32,000 nucleotides of DNA from Nitratidesulfovibrio vulgaris str. Hildenborough (GTDB lineage: Bacteria; Desulfobacterota; Desulfovibrionia; Desulfovibrionales; Desulfovibrionaceae), in contig NC_002937.3 in NCBI RefSeq assembly GCF_000195755.1, positions 420,001-452,000 on the forward strand, written 5' to 3'. The notes under the pieces were generated by a model. That model did no database searches. It saw only the letters and a list, made by a program, of their open reading frames with translations, and was not told where the DNA came from. Each line of letters starts with the position of its first letter. The stretch's first letter is position 1. The position numbers and the translations under genes are program-made. Positions 16,205 to 25,072 of this stretch are shown in pieces.

Positions 16205-16972
16205 ATGACCGACAACGCAACACCCATCCTGCGGGTTGAACATCTTTCCGTGGCCCTTGGCGGTCGTCCCATCCTCCGTGACGTGTCCCTCGATGTGGAC
16301 AGGGGACAACTCAAGGTGCTCATCGGGCCTTCGGGGGCGGGCAAGAGCACTCTCCTGCAGTGCATCAACCATCTCATCCTGCCCGATGCCGGTACGGTGT
16401 CGCTGGAAGGGCGCGCCGTCGACGCACACCGCAAGGCCGACCTCTATGCCTTCAGGCAACAGGTTGGCATGATCTTTCAGGAATTCAACCTGTTCGACCA
16501 CCTCGACGCGCTTTCCAACGTGAGCATCGCGTTGCGCAAGGTGCGCGGCATGAGTCGCGCTGCCGCCCGTGAACGGGCCATGGCCGAACTCGAGCGTGTG
16601 GGGCTTTCTTCGCGTCATGCCCTTTACCCCGCACAGCTTTCGGGTGGGCAGAAGCAGCGTGTGGCCATCGCGCGCGCCCTAGCCATGGACCCCAAGGTGA
16701 TGCTGCTCGACGAACCCACCTCCGCCCTCGACCCTGAACTGGTGGGCGAAGTGCTGGCGGTCATCCGCGACCTCGCCAAGGGGGGCATGACCATGGTCAT
16801 GGCCACACACCAGATGGATTTCGCGCGTGCCCTCGCCAACGAGATCGTGTTCATGGAGCGTGGCGCCATCATCGAACGGGGGTCGCCCGCCGAATTGCTG
16901 GCGCCCGGCGCCGGAACCCGTACGCAGGACTTCTGTAGTCGCCTCACCGACCTGTGCGAGGAGAGCTGCTAG
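16205..16972 (+). CDS. Amino-acid ABC transporter ATP-binding protein
   Basis: Walker [10 protein letters not shown], signature [15 protein letters not shown], Walker [12 protein letters not shown]. Confidence 0.93.
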   Translation: MTDNATPILRVEHLSVALGGRPILRDVSLDVDRGQLKVLIGPSGAGKSTLLQCINHLILPDAGTVSLEGRAVDAHRKADLYAFRQQVGMIFQEFNLFDHLDALSNVSIALRKVRGMSRAAARERAMAELERVGLSSRHALYPAQLSGGQKQRVAIARALAMDPKVMLLDEPTSALDPELVGEVLAVIRDLAKGGMTMVMATHQMDFARALANEIVFMERGAIIERGSPAELLAPGAGTRTQDFCSRLTDLCEESC

Positions 16973-17646
16973 TGTTCGATCCGGATTTCGTCTTCGGGGA
17001 GATGCTCCCCGCGCTGAACCGGGGGCTCATCACAAGCATGATGCTCATCGTGCCGTCGGCCACGCTTGGGCTTCTCTTCGGCATCATCGTGGGTACGGGC
17101 CGCGTGTTCGGCCCGGCATGGGTCCGCAAGGCGGGCGACATCTACACGGCAACCTTCCGGGGCGTGCCGCTGGTCGTGCAGCTCATGATCATCTATTTCG
17201 GGCTGCCCAACATCGGCATCTACCTCGAACCCTTCCCCGCCGCCGTGCTGGGCTTCGTGCTGTGCAGCGCGGCCTACAACTCCGAATATGTGCGCGGTGC
17301 CCTGCTCTCCATCAGGCAGGGCCAGCTCAAGGCGGCGCAGGCCCTTGGCTTCAGCAAGCTGAAGACCGTGCTCTTCATCGTCGTGCCGCAGGCCGTGCGT
17401 CGTGCCCTGCCCGGTTGCGGGAACGAGATCATCTATCTCATCAAGTACTCATCGCTGGCGTATGTCATCACCTGTATCGAGCTCACGGGAGAGGGCAAGG
17501 TGGTGGCGGCGCGCAGTTTCCGGTTCACCGAAGTGTTCCTGTTCGTCGGCGCCTACTACCTGTTTCTGGTGACGCTGGCGTCGTGGATTCTGCACCGGGT
17601 GGAACAGCACTTCAGCATCCCCGGTTTCGGTCGCGCCAAGCAGTAG
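16972..17646 (+). CDS. Amino-acid ABC transporter permease (second subunit)
   Basis: EAA loop QGQLKAAQALGFSKLKTVLFIVVPQAVR. The track starts at a GTG at 16954. I prefer the in-frame GTG at 16972, which overlaps the ATPase stop (TAGTG) and has GAGGAG 8 nt upstream. Confidence 0.85.
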   Translation: MFDPDFVFGEMLPALNRGLITSMMLIVPSATLGLLFGIIVGTGRVFGPAWVRKAGDIYTATFRGVPLVVQLMIIYFGLPNIGIYLEPFPAAVLGFVLCSAAYNSEYVRGALLSIRQGQLKAAQALGFSKLKTVLFIVVPQAVRRALPGCGNEIIYLIKYSSLAYVITCIELTGEGKVVAARSFRFTEVFLFVGAYYLFLVTLASWILHRVEQHFSIPGFGRAKQ

Positions 17647-17668
17647 CCCTCCGCAACCGGGCGGAGGG
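17647..17668 (+). promoter_or_regulatory. Hairpin that occludes the SD of the glcD-like gene
   Basis: CCCTCCGC (17647-17654) pairs with GCGGAGGG (17661-17668). The right arm contains the GGAGGG SD, 3 nt before the ATG at 17672. The hairpin starts directly after the permease stop codon. Confidence 0.4.
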
Positions 17669-17671
17669 TTC

Positions 17672-19054
17672 ATGACCGTATCGACGACGAGACTCACCCC
17701 CGCACTCCGTACCGCCATCATCGACGCCGTGGGACGCGATGCCGTCCTCGACACTGCGGGTGCCCCCTACGACCGCGACGCCTCTGAATTGCGCGCGACG
17801 CCGGACATGGTCGTGCTTCCCGAAAGCGTCGGGCAGATACAGGCGCTCATGCGGCTTGCCACCGAACATCGCTTCCCCGTCATTCCGCGCGGTGGTGGCA
17901 CCGGACTCGCCGGAGGATGCCTTGCCCTCATGGGCGGGGTGGTGCTGTCGGTGGAACGCATGAACCGTGTACGTGCCATCGACACCCGTAACCTCGTGGC
18001 CGAGGTCGACGCGGGTTGCATCACGCAGACCTTGCGCGACGCTGCGGCTGCCGCGAATCTCTTCTACCCGCCCGACCCTGCGGGCATGGACCGTTCGACC
18101 GTGGGCGGCAACGTGGCCACCAACGCGGGCGGCCCTGCCTGCGTCAAGTACGGCGTCACCCGCGACTATGTGCTGGGTGTCGAGGCGGTGCTGCCCGACG
18201 GTGAACTCCTCCGTGCCGGGGTACGCACCCGCAAGGGCGTTGTGGGGTACGACATGGCGCACCTCCTGTGCGGGTCCGAGGGTACACTCGGCGTCATCAC
18301 GGGGCTGACCATGAAGCTCATCCCCCTGCCTGCCGCCACCGTGGGCATGGCTGTGGCCTTTGCCGACATGCCCTCCGCCATGCGCGCCGTCGCTGCCGTA
18401 CTCGGGGCCGGACATCTTCCCTCGGCCATTGAATTCATGGACCACCGCTGTCTTGCGCTGGTGGGCGAGATGCTGCCGTTTCCCGTGCCGGGAGCGCGTC
18501 CTTCATTGCTCATCATCGAACTGGACGGACAGCGGGCCACCATCGAACCGCAGCTTGACGCCGTGGCCGCCATCTGCCGGGAACAGGGGGCCACGCAGGT
18601 TCTGCCCGCCCCGACCGACGCGGAACGCGCCACCATCTGGGGCGTGCGACGGCAGGTCTCGCTTCGCATCCACGACTATGCGGGGCTGTACCTCTCCGAG
18701 GACGTGGCGGTGCCGCTTGTGGCCATCGCCGACCTCGTGGCGGAATTGCCCGCCTTCGAAGAACGCTACGGTCTTGAGATTTTCGCCTTCGGGCATGCCG
18801 GGGACGGCAACATCCATCTCAATGTCACCTCCTCCAGCACTGACAACCGTGAACGTGCGGAAGAAGGCGTTGTCGCCCTTGCCCGACGTGTGGTTGAACT
18901 GGGCGGGACCATCTCCGGTGAGCACGGTATCGGAGAGGCCAAGAAGCACCTCGTACCGCTTGAACTCTCGGCGCGGTCCATTGCGTTGCAGAAGGGCATC
19001 CGCGGCGTGTTCGACCCCCTCGGCATCATGAACCCCGGCAAGGTCTTCCCCTAG
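17672..19054 (+). CDS. glcD: FAD-linked oxidase, GlcD / D-lactate dehydrogenase-like
   Basis: 460 aa. PCMH-type FAD-binding region (PVIPRGGGTGLAGG) and a C-terminal FAD-oxidase domain (GHAGDGNIHLN...GTISGEHGIG). No adjacent GlcE/GlcF-type partner gene is present. Confidence 0.88.
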   Translation: MTVSTTRLTPALRTAIIDAVGRDAVLDTAGAPYDRDASELRATPDMVVLPESVGQIQALMRLATEHRFPVIPRGGGTGLAGGCLALMGGVVLSVERMNRVRAIDTRNLVAEVDAGCITQTLRDAAAAANLFYPPDPAGMDRSTVGGNVATNAGGPACVKYGVTRDYVLGVEAVLPDGELLRAGVRTRKGVVGYDMAHLLCGSEGTLGVITGLTMKLIPLPAATVGMAVAFADMPSAMRAVAAVLGAGHLPSAIEFMDHRCLALVGEMLPFPVPGARPSLLIIELDGQRATIEPQLDAVAAICREQGATQVLPAPTDAERATIWGVRRQVSLRIHDYAGLYLSEDVAVPLVAIADLVAELPAFEERYGLEIFAFGHAGDGNIHLNVTSSSTDNRERAEEGVVALARRVVELGGTISGEHGIGEAKKHLVPLELSARSIALQKGIRGVFDPLGIMNPGKVFP

Positions 19055-19082
19055 CCGCATCGCTGACAGCCATGCGTTGAAC

Positions 19083-19115
19083 GCCCCGGTATCTGTACGG
19101 ATGCCGGGGCTTTTT
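19083..19115 (+). terminator. Rho-independent terminator after the glcD-like gene
   Basis: GCCCCGGTATC (19083-19093) pairs with GATGCCGGGGC (19100-19110), with one G-U pair and a 6-nt loop. A TTTTT run follows at 19111-19115. It sits between convergent genes. Confidence 0.75.
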
Positions 19116-19879
19116 CAGGCCGGGAAGACGGCGTGAAGATGCGACGCGAGTGTGGTGACGCCCTTGCGGTTGCTGACCGAGAGTGTCAGGTCTGCGTCTC
19201 GGCACACGGCTTCGATACGGTTGGTGGTGTCGAGGCTGGCGGCGAGTCCATCCACGAAGCCGTCGTCGAAGGCGGTGATGCGTACCTTGGAGGGGTCGCG
19301 CCCCTTGCCGCGCAGCGAGTCCGCCAGTTGTCCGGCGTCACGCCTGCCCCGGCGCAGGATGTGTAACACGCCGTCCTGCGGCAGCCAGCCTGCCACCCGT
19401 TCTATCTTGCGGACAGCGATGTTGCCGCAGTCGCCCCACAGGCGCACCTTGCCATCCGCATCCCGGATGACCACATCGGGTTTATAGTGCCAGCCGACCC
19501 CCATCTCCACCTGCGGCTCATGTTCCATCCACAGGATGAAGGCGATGAGCTTGAGCGCGATGTGCCATGCCAATTCACCCTCGGCGGCCTGCAGCAGAAA
19601 CCGGCGTTGCAGGTCGGGTACGGTGGCCTGCCGCGGCGATGGCGCGAGGGTGCCGGGGGCAAGGGTGGCTGTGCCGAAGGGTGATTGGGGTGTGGCGTTG
19701 GCGCTGCGACCGTGACGGAACGGGTCGTTCTTGGGCGGCCCCGTGCGGCGGGACACACCGGACTCGCCGTGCGTGATGCTCCCGGCTGCCCGCACGCCGG
19801 CGAGAGGCGCTGGTAGCAGCGAGAATGGCGGCCCGGGAATCCCTTGGCGTGTGACCGTGCAGGTGTACTTCATCGGCAT
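19115..19879 (-). CDS. YaeQ-family (PD-(D/E)XK-like fold) protein with an N-terminal low-complexity insertion
   Basis: The C-terminal ~155 aa align by eye with E. coli YaeQ (recalled sequence): IALKLIAFILWMEHEPQVE / KPDVVIRDADGKVRLWGDCGNIAVRKIERV / VRITAFDDGFVDGLAASL. The ORF runs to 20056. The only plausible ATGs are at 19879 and 19873. Confidence 0.55.
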   Translation of the reverse strand: MPMKYTCTVTRQGIPGPPFSLLPAPLAGVRAAGSITHGESGVSRRTGPPKNDPFRHGRSANATPQSPFGTATLAPGTLAPSPRQATVPDLQRRFLLQAAEGELAWHIALKLIAFILWMEHEPQVEMGVGWHYKPDVVIRDADGKVRLWGDCGNIAVRKIERVAGWLPQDGVLHILRRGRRDAGQLADSLRGKGRDPSKVRITAFDDGFVDGLAASLDTTNRIEAVCRDADLTLSVSNRKGVTTLASHLHAVFPA

Positions 19880-20310
19880 ACCCCATCGAAGGGAGAGGAA
19901 CGTTCGCGGCGGGTCTCGACGTCGCGCGGGAATGGGATGCCACCCGGGGCGGTGCGGATGCCCGGATGTACAAGCCTCGAAGGCGATGGTCCATGCCGAT
20001 TGCCGCACTCCAGCAGTGTTGGCCTCCTCCCGTGCCGAACATAACTGTGACGGCATCCGCTGTCAGCCCGTGACCATCGGGCGCGGGCAGGTCACCGCGG
20101 CACGCCATGCGTCCGTTGCGGCTTGCGCCGAGGGGGGCTATAGCCAAGGGCGGCACAGGCGACAGGGGCCTGCCGCAGCGAGTGTACCGCAGGGAGAGGG
20201 CCAGCGGCCATTGACGCTGCCTGCGTCGTCGGTCGGCCCGCAGCATGCGCCCCTCCGCGTTCGTCCGTGTCCACAATCCGCGCCATTCGCGCAGTCAGCA
20301 AGGAGCCAAC

Positions 20311-21510
20311 ATGTCCGACGTCTTTCGCGTGTCACGCCGAGTGCAGCAGATACGCATCTCCGCCACCAAGCTCATGCCCATGCTCGCCGCCCGCGTGGGC
20401 GGTTGCGTTTCACTCGGTCAGGGCGTGCCTTCGTTCCGCACACCCGAACACATCGTCGAGGCCGTATGCCGTGCCCTGCGGGACAAGGCCGATGCGGGGC
20501 GCTACACCCTGCAACCGGGTATGCCTGCTCTCCGCGAGGCCATCGCCGCCGACCTTGCCGCCCGCAAGGGCTACATGGTGAACCCCGACTCTGAGGTCGG
20601 CGTCACCGTGGGAGCCATGGAAGCCCTGCTCATGGCCCTGCTCACGGTGGTGGACAGGGGCGACGAGGTGATCATTCCCTCTCCGGGGTATGCCTCGCAT
20701 GCCGAACAGGTGCTCATGGCTGAAGGGGTCCCGGTGCACGTTCCGCTGCGTGCCGACGACTGGGGGCTGGATGTGGACGCCATCCGCGCTGCGGTGACGC
20801 CGAGGACGCGCGCCGTCATCGTCTGCAATCCCGGGAATCCCACCGGAACGGTCTATGACGATGCCGACGTGCGCGCCCTGTGCGAACTCGCACTGGAGCG
20901 CAACATCATGCTCATCTCCGACGAGACCTACGACTACATGGTCTATGGCGGGGGTGAACCCCTGAGCCCCGCCAGTCTGCCGGAGATGCGCCGCCATGTC
21001 ATCGTGGTCAACTCGTTCTCCAAGAAGTACGCCCTCACGGGCTGGCGTGTCGGCTACTGCGCCGCAGACGCCGCATGGATGGGTGAACTGCTGAAGGTGC
21101 ACGACGCGGCAGCCATCTGCGCCCCCGCCGTCTCGCAGTATGCCGCCCTTGCCGCCCTCACCGGGCCGCAGGATTGTGTGGATGACATGCGTGCGGCCCT
21201 TTCCGCGCGGCGCAACCTCGCCTGTGCGCGACTCGACGCCATGGCCCCCCACTTCGACTATGTGCAGCCACGCGGTGCGTTCTACATCATGGCGCGGTAC
21301 ACGTTCACCGATGCCCCGTCGGACATGGTCGCCCGTAGGCTGCTGGAAGAGGGGCGTGTCATCACCGTGCCGGGCGCGTCGTTCGGCCCCACGGGCGAGC
21401 GGCATCTTCGCCTCTCGTTCGGCATGGAAGAGGCGGAATTGGACGAAGCCTTCGACCGTATGGCGGCGTGGACACAGCGCGTCGTGGCGTCGGGCGGGCT
21501 TGGAGGCTAG
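20311..21510 (+). CDS. Class I/II PLP-dependent aminotransferase (aspartate/aromatic type)
   Basis: The ATG at 20311 is preceded by AAGGAG. PLP-Lys motif SFSKKYALTGWRVGY and NPGNPTG motif. The track ORF begins upstream at 20245. Confidence 0.9.
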   Translation: MSDVFRVSRRVQQIRISATKLMPMLAARVGGCVSLGQGVPSFRTPEHIVEAVCRALRDKADAGRYTLQPGMPALREAIAADLAARKGYMVNPDSEVGVTVGAMEALLMALLTVVDRGDEVIIPSPGYASHAEQVLMAEGVPVHVPLRADDWGLDVDAIRAAVTPRTRAVIVCNPGNPTGTVYDDADVRALCELALERNIMLISDETYDYMVYGGGEPLSPASLPEMRRHVIVVNSFSKKYALTGWRVGYCAADAAWMGELLKVHDAAAICAPAVSQYAALAALTGPQDCVDDMRAALSARRNLACARLDAMAPHFDYVQPRGAFYIMARYTFTDAPSDMVARRLLEEGRVITVPGASFGPTGERHLRLSFGMEEAELDEAFDRMAAWTQRVVASGGLGG

Positions 21511-21763
21511 GGTGCCACGGCGCAGGTTCCGTGTCGGAGATACGCACGAGGGGTGTGCGCGTACGCCTGAAGGCCCGTTGCCGCAGCCGGAAGCACGATG
21601 CGGCAGTATGCAGGCCCCTGCACATGGCGCGACGCATCGTCCCCCGAAGGGAGGGGGCGATGCCGGGCCGAGTGTCGTGGCAACTGTCGAAGCCTCCGTC
21701 GGGGCTGCTAAAGGGCCTGAAACTCTGGCAACAGCCGGGGCCGCAGCCGGGAATCGTGAACAT

Positions 21764-22501
21764 ATGCGCGACCCGCTTGCCGGGACGGGCTGGCTTGAGG
21801 CCGTCCCGTTGCTGGGTGACGGCGCGCATCTGGAGGTTTTCTCCCGTGTGGAGGCGTTGCGGCGGAAAGGACGTGTGGTCTATCCCCCGTCCGGTCAGGT
21901 CTTCGCCGCATTGCGCGCCACCCCGTGGGACAGGGTGCGTGTGGTGGTGCTGGGGCAAGACCCCTACCACGGCGAAGGGCAGGCCCACGGGCTTGCCTTC
22001 TCGGTGCCGGAGGGGGTGCCAGCCCCGCGTTCACTGCGGAATGTCTTCCGTGAGATAGAGACCGACCTTGGTCATGCCTCGGATGAAGGCAAGAAGCGTC
22101 ATGCTGATGCGCTACCTGAAAAGACTGCTGCCGGACATGATGGTGGCGGTCTTCGTCCGCCCTCCACGGACCTGACCCGGTGGGCCCGCCAAGGGGTGTT
22201 ACTGCTCAATACGGTGCTCACTGTGGAGGCGGGACAGGCACACAGCCATGCCCGACTCGGCTGGCAGGAGGTGACGGCTGCGGTGGTGGAGGCGCTGGGG
22301 CGGTGTCCACGTCCGATGGCCTTTCTGCTGTGGGGGCGTCATGCCGCTGCATACGGCGAAGGGCTGGCGGCCCATCACCTCGTGCTTCATGCGGCGCACC
22401 CCTCCCCGCTGTCGGCCTTTCGAGGCTTCTTCGGCTGCCGTCATTTCTCGCAGGTCAATACATGGCTTCGAGCAAGAGGCCTCGACCCCATCGAGTGGTG
22501 A
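21764..22501 (+). CDS. ung: Uracil-DNA glycosylase, family 1
   Basis: Motifs GQDPYHG, GVLLLNTVLTV and HPSPLS are present. The ATG at 21764 gives an N-terminus the same length as E. coli Ung. An in-frame ATG at 21608 is a less likely alternative. Confidence 0.87.
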   Translation: MRDPLAGTGWLEAVPLLGDGAHLEVFSRVEALRRKGRVVYPPSGQVFAALRATPWDRVRVVVLGQDPYHGEGQAHGLAFSVPEGVPAPRSLRNVFREIETDLGHASDEGKKRHADALPEKTAAGHDGGGLRPPSTDLTRWARQGVLLLNTVLTVEAGQAHSHARLGWQEVTAAVVEALGRCPRPMAFLLWGRHAAAYGEGLAAHHLVLHAAHPSPLSAFRGFFGCRHFSQVNTWLRARGLDPIEW

Positions 22502-22740
22502 GCCCGACGCGTACCGGGGGCAGGGGCGGTGTCGCTAGCAAATACGGTGTCGTACCGTGCGGTCTGGGGGGGCGGTGTCGTCCCTCTGCCACGGCCCCTG
22601 TCATCCCTTGTAAGGCTGGAGACGGGAACAGATGTACCGTGTCCGGGCTTGTCATGGCGGGTTTGCCCAGTGGGGTTTGCCAAGTCTGGCCAGACATGAC
22701 AGGCGGCCCACACATTTTCAGGCAGTATGGCCCATCTGTG

Positions 22741-23763
22741 TCAGGTGAGGGTGTAGTCTTCGGTGTCGTCCCATACGACTTCGGTCAGCCCCAGTGCCGC
22801 GTAGCGTGAGGCAAGGCGGTTGTGCTGTCCGTACAGGAGACCGCGCCATCGTGCCGGTGCATGCAGCCTGTGCGGCGTATGCCCGTGGCGGGCCGTGAAA
22901 TAGGCCACTTGCGAGGCGATGTGGCGAAGAAGGGCTTCGGCCTTCGCCATCTGCCCCAAGGCGGGGTGCCACGGCCCTGCCAGCAGGGCGGCGCGCAACC
23001 CCTCATCCTGCGCCAGCCCGAGGCGGATGACCCGGATGCCTTGCCCCCATGCCAGCAACAGGGCGTCGGCAAGCACATCCAGCGTCGTGTCCACATCCCA
23101 TGGTCCATAGCGACCTTCGCGCCACAGGCGGGCAAGCCCCGTACCTTCAAGGACGAGGCATGGATACAGCCGCAGGCAGTCGGGGCGCAACGAGGCGACC
23201 ACCTTCATGTCGGCACGGAAGATGTCCGGGGTGACACCGGGCATTCCGGGCAGCAGTTGCAGCCCTAACCCCAATCCGGCGTCGCGCACCCGTCGGGCGG
23301 CTGTCAGTGCATCATCGCCATGGCAGCCCCGCCCCGCATGGGCGAGGGCCGTGTCGTCGAATGTCTGCACCCCGAGTTCGATGAGATTCATCCCAAGTCC
23401 GGCGAGGGCTTCGGCCTTGCCGGGGGGCAGTGCGTCGGGTCGGGTGGAACAGCGTACGGCGACCACCATACCGCGTTCGCGCCAGCGGGCGGCAAGGGCG
23501 AGGCAGGCGTGCTGGTCGTCCTCCGGCAGGGCCGAGAACGTTCCGCCATAGAAGGCTATCTCCACGGCGGGGCGATTGTGTCGGGCCCTTTCTTCAAGGA
23601 TGGCATCAACCCGGCGCAGGACGTCCGCCACAGGTTCGACGGATTGCCCGGTCTGGGCGTCCTGTGCGCAGAAGACGCAACGTTGCGGGCATCCGGCGAA
23701 GGGCAGGAAGACAGGAAGGATGCGGTGGCGCGGTGTTTGTGGTTCCGGATGGGGAAAAATCAT
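22741..23763 (-). CDS. Radical SAM protein (HemN/ELP3-like class, subfamily unresolved)
   Basis: CX3CX2C cluster motif (GCPQRCVFCAQ) and a FYGGTFSAL motif. I prefer the ATG at 23763 because a TATAGT -10-like box (minus strand, 23797-23802) lies upstream of it. The track start is a GTG at 23838 with no SD. Confidence 0.78.
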   Translation of the reverse strand: MIFPHPEPQTPRHRILPVFLPFAGCPQRCVFCAQDAQTGQSVEPVADVLRRVDAILEERARHNRPAVEIAFYGGTFSALPEDDQHACLALAARWRERGMVVAVRCSTRPDALPPGKAEALAGLGMNLIELGVQTFDDTALAHAGRGCHGDDALTAARRVRDAGLGLGLQLLPGMPGVTPDIFRADMKVVASLRPDCLRLYPCLVLEGTGLARLWREGRYGPWDVDTTLDVLADALLLAWGQGIRVIRLGLAQDEGLRAALLAGPWHPALGQMAKAEALLRHIASQVAYFTARHGHTPHRLHAPARWRGLLYGQHNRLASRYAALGLTEVVWDDTEDYTLT

Positions 23764-23990
23764 GGTTGGGGGATTGCCTTGTATTGCCAGCTTGTTACTA
23801 TAAGGCTGGCGTAGATGTGCCGCCTTTGAGGATGTCACGTCGGAGGCTCATGTGGCAAGCCCTGCAATATATGGTAATTGTAGAAAAAAAGCCTTGCGGT
23901 TGTGACTTTGACTGATTATATAACTAGTTGCATGTCTTCAGTTCCGGGCCTTGTGGAAGGCCGGGATGTCCAACGTTGAAGGAGAACCCC

Positions 23991-24410
23991 ATGTCCCAGA
24001 GCGATTGCATCTTCTGCAAGATCATACGTGGCGAGATTCCCTGTGCGCAGCTCTATGCCGACGACCACGTCATCTCCTTCATGGATATCGGCCCTGTCAA
24101 GCGCGGGCACGCGCTCGTGGTTCCTCGTGAACACCACGCCACCGTCTTCGACATGCCCGCCGAACTCGGCGCGCATGTCATGGGGGCGGCGCAGCGGGTA
24201 GGCAGGGCCATCATGGCTGCTACCGGTGCTGAAGGTTTGAACATATTCCAGAACAACTTCGCGGCGGCGGGCCAGGTGGTCTTCCATGTCCACTGGCACC
24301 TCATCCCCCGTTTCTCCGACGACGGCCTCGAACTGTGGTCGCAGGGGCAATACGGGAGCATGGACGAGATGCTGGCGCTCGCGGAGGCCATCAGGGAACG
24401 CATGGACTAG
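23991..24410 (+). CDS. HIT-family (histidine triad) nucleotide hydrolase/transferase
   Basis: The ATG at 23991 is preceded by GAAGGAG. N-terminal CIFCKI motif and histidine triad HVHWHLIP. Confidence 0.9.
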   Translation: MSQSDCIFCKIIRGEIPCAQLYADDHVISFMDIGPVKRGHALVVPREHHATVFDMPAELGAHVMGAAQRVGRAIMAATGAEGLNIFQNNFAAAGQVVFHVHWHLIPRFSDDGLELWSQGQYGSMDEMLALAEAIRERMD

Positions 24411-24437
24411 CCGGCAACGGGCCGGCCCGGAGGACGT

Positions 24438-24725
24438 ATGAGCAAGACCCTGACCAAAGCGGAAATAGTCGATGCCATCTACGAGAAGACCGACCGCAAT
24501 CGCGCCGAAGTGAAAGGCGTGGTCGAATCGCTGCTTGGCATCATGAAGCAGGCCATCAAGAAGGACCATGCGCTGCTTATCAGCGGCTTCGGCAAGTTCG
24601 AGGCCTATGACAAGAAGGCGCGCAAGGGCCGCAACCCCCAGACGGACGAGACCATTACCCTGCCTCCGCGCAAGGTGGTGGTGTTCCGTCTCTCCCGCAA
24701 GTTCAGGGCCGAACTCAACGAGTAA
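24438..24725 (+). CDS. HU/IHF-family DNA-binding protein (IHF-like)
   Basis: 95 aa. GFGKFE...RKGRNPQTDETITLPPRKVVVFRLS is the typical beta-arm region. GGAGG lies upstream of the ATG. Confidence 0.9.
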   Translation: MSKTLTKAEIVDAIYEKTDRNRAEVKGVVESLLGIMKQAIKKDHALLISGFGKFEAYDKKARKGRNPQTDETITLPPRKVVVFRLSRKFRAELNE

Positions 24726-24751
24726 CGCACTGTGCGGGCATAGCCCTATTT

Positions 24752-24797
24752 CAGGACGCCGTTCTCCGTGAGGAGGGCGGCGTCCTGTGATTGTTGG
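24752..24797 (+). terminator. Probable terminator after the HU/IHF gene
   Basis: CAGGACGCCG (24752-24761) pairs with CGGCGTCCTG (24778-24787). The stem extends inward through CTCC/GGAG around a GTGA loop. TGATTGTTGG follows. It starts 27 nt after the stop codon. Confidence 0.55.
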
Positions 24798-25072
24798 CCT
24801 GCGGTTGCCGCCCCGTGGCGGCGACCCGGATAAGCGGGTCGGCTGGGGGGCTTGGGCCGACAGCGAGCACCTGCCGTACCTCCCGCTTCGCGAGGTTGCA
24901 CACTGGTGGCACCAACGCACGGAAAGGGCGTCGGCGTTCGCATGTCGTCGCCGTTCACCGCAAGGAGGGCGGCGTTGTTCCATGTCCTGAGACCGTGGCA
25001 TCCCATGCAACGCGGCGTCACCTCTCCCCATACAGGGATGGAAGTGACGCCGCGGCAGTGCGAGGGAGCGTA

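Noticed and set aside
19880-20310. Several overlapping 60-290-aa ORFs on both strands between the YaeQ-like gene and the aminotransferase gene.
   Set aside because: Their translations are extremely Arg/Pro/Ala-rich with no motifs or SD sequences, and they overlap one another. The region is best treated as a 430-bp divergent intergenic region. I found no convincing promoter or RNA structure in it either.
21608-21763. An upstream in-frame ATG that would add 52 residues to Ung.
   Set aside because: The extension (MQAPAHGATHRPPKGGGDAGPSVV...) is low-complexity. The ATG at 21764 reproduces the canonical Ung N-terminal length. I kept the shorter model.
23850-23909. A 19-codon micro-ORF (MWQALQYMVIVEKKPCGCDFD) with GGAGG 3 nt upstream, in the radical SAM / HIT divergent region.
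   Set aside because: The SD spacing is too short. The ORF sits in the AT-rich promoter patch, where ATG and stop codons arise by chance. There is no supporting signal. It is worth only a glance in ribosome-profiling data.
24788-25072. Possible small RNA or tRNA in the 285 bp between the HU/IHF terminator and the rlpA stop. The interval holds hairpins at 24806-24841, the palindrome TGGTGgCACCA at 24904-24914, and GGCGTCAC/GTGACGCC at 25014-25050.
   Set aside because: No cloverleaf or T-loop consensus is present, and I recognise no known ncRNA motif. The last hairpin is most simply the rlpA terminator. The rest is unexplained but not distinctive enough to call.
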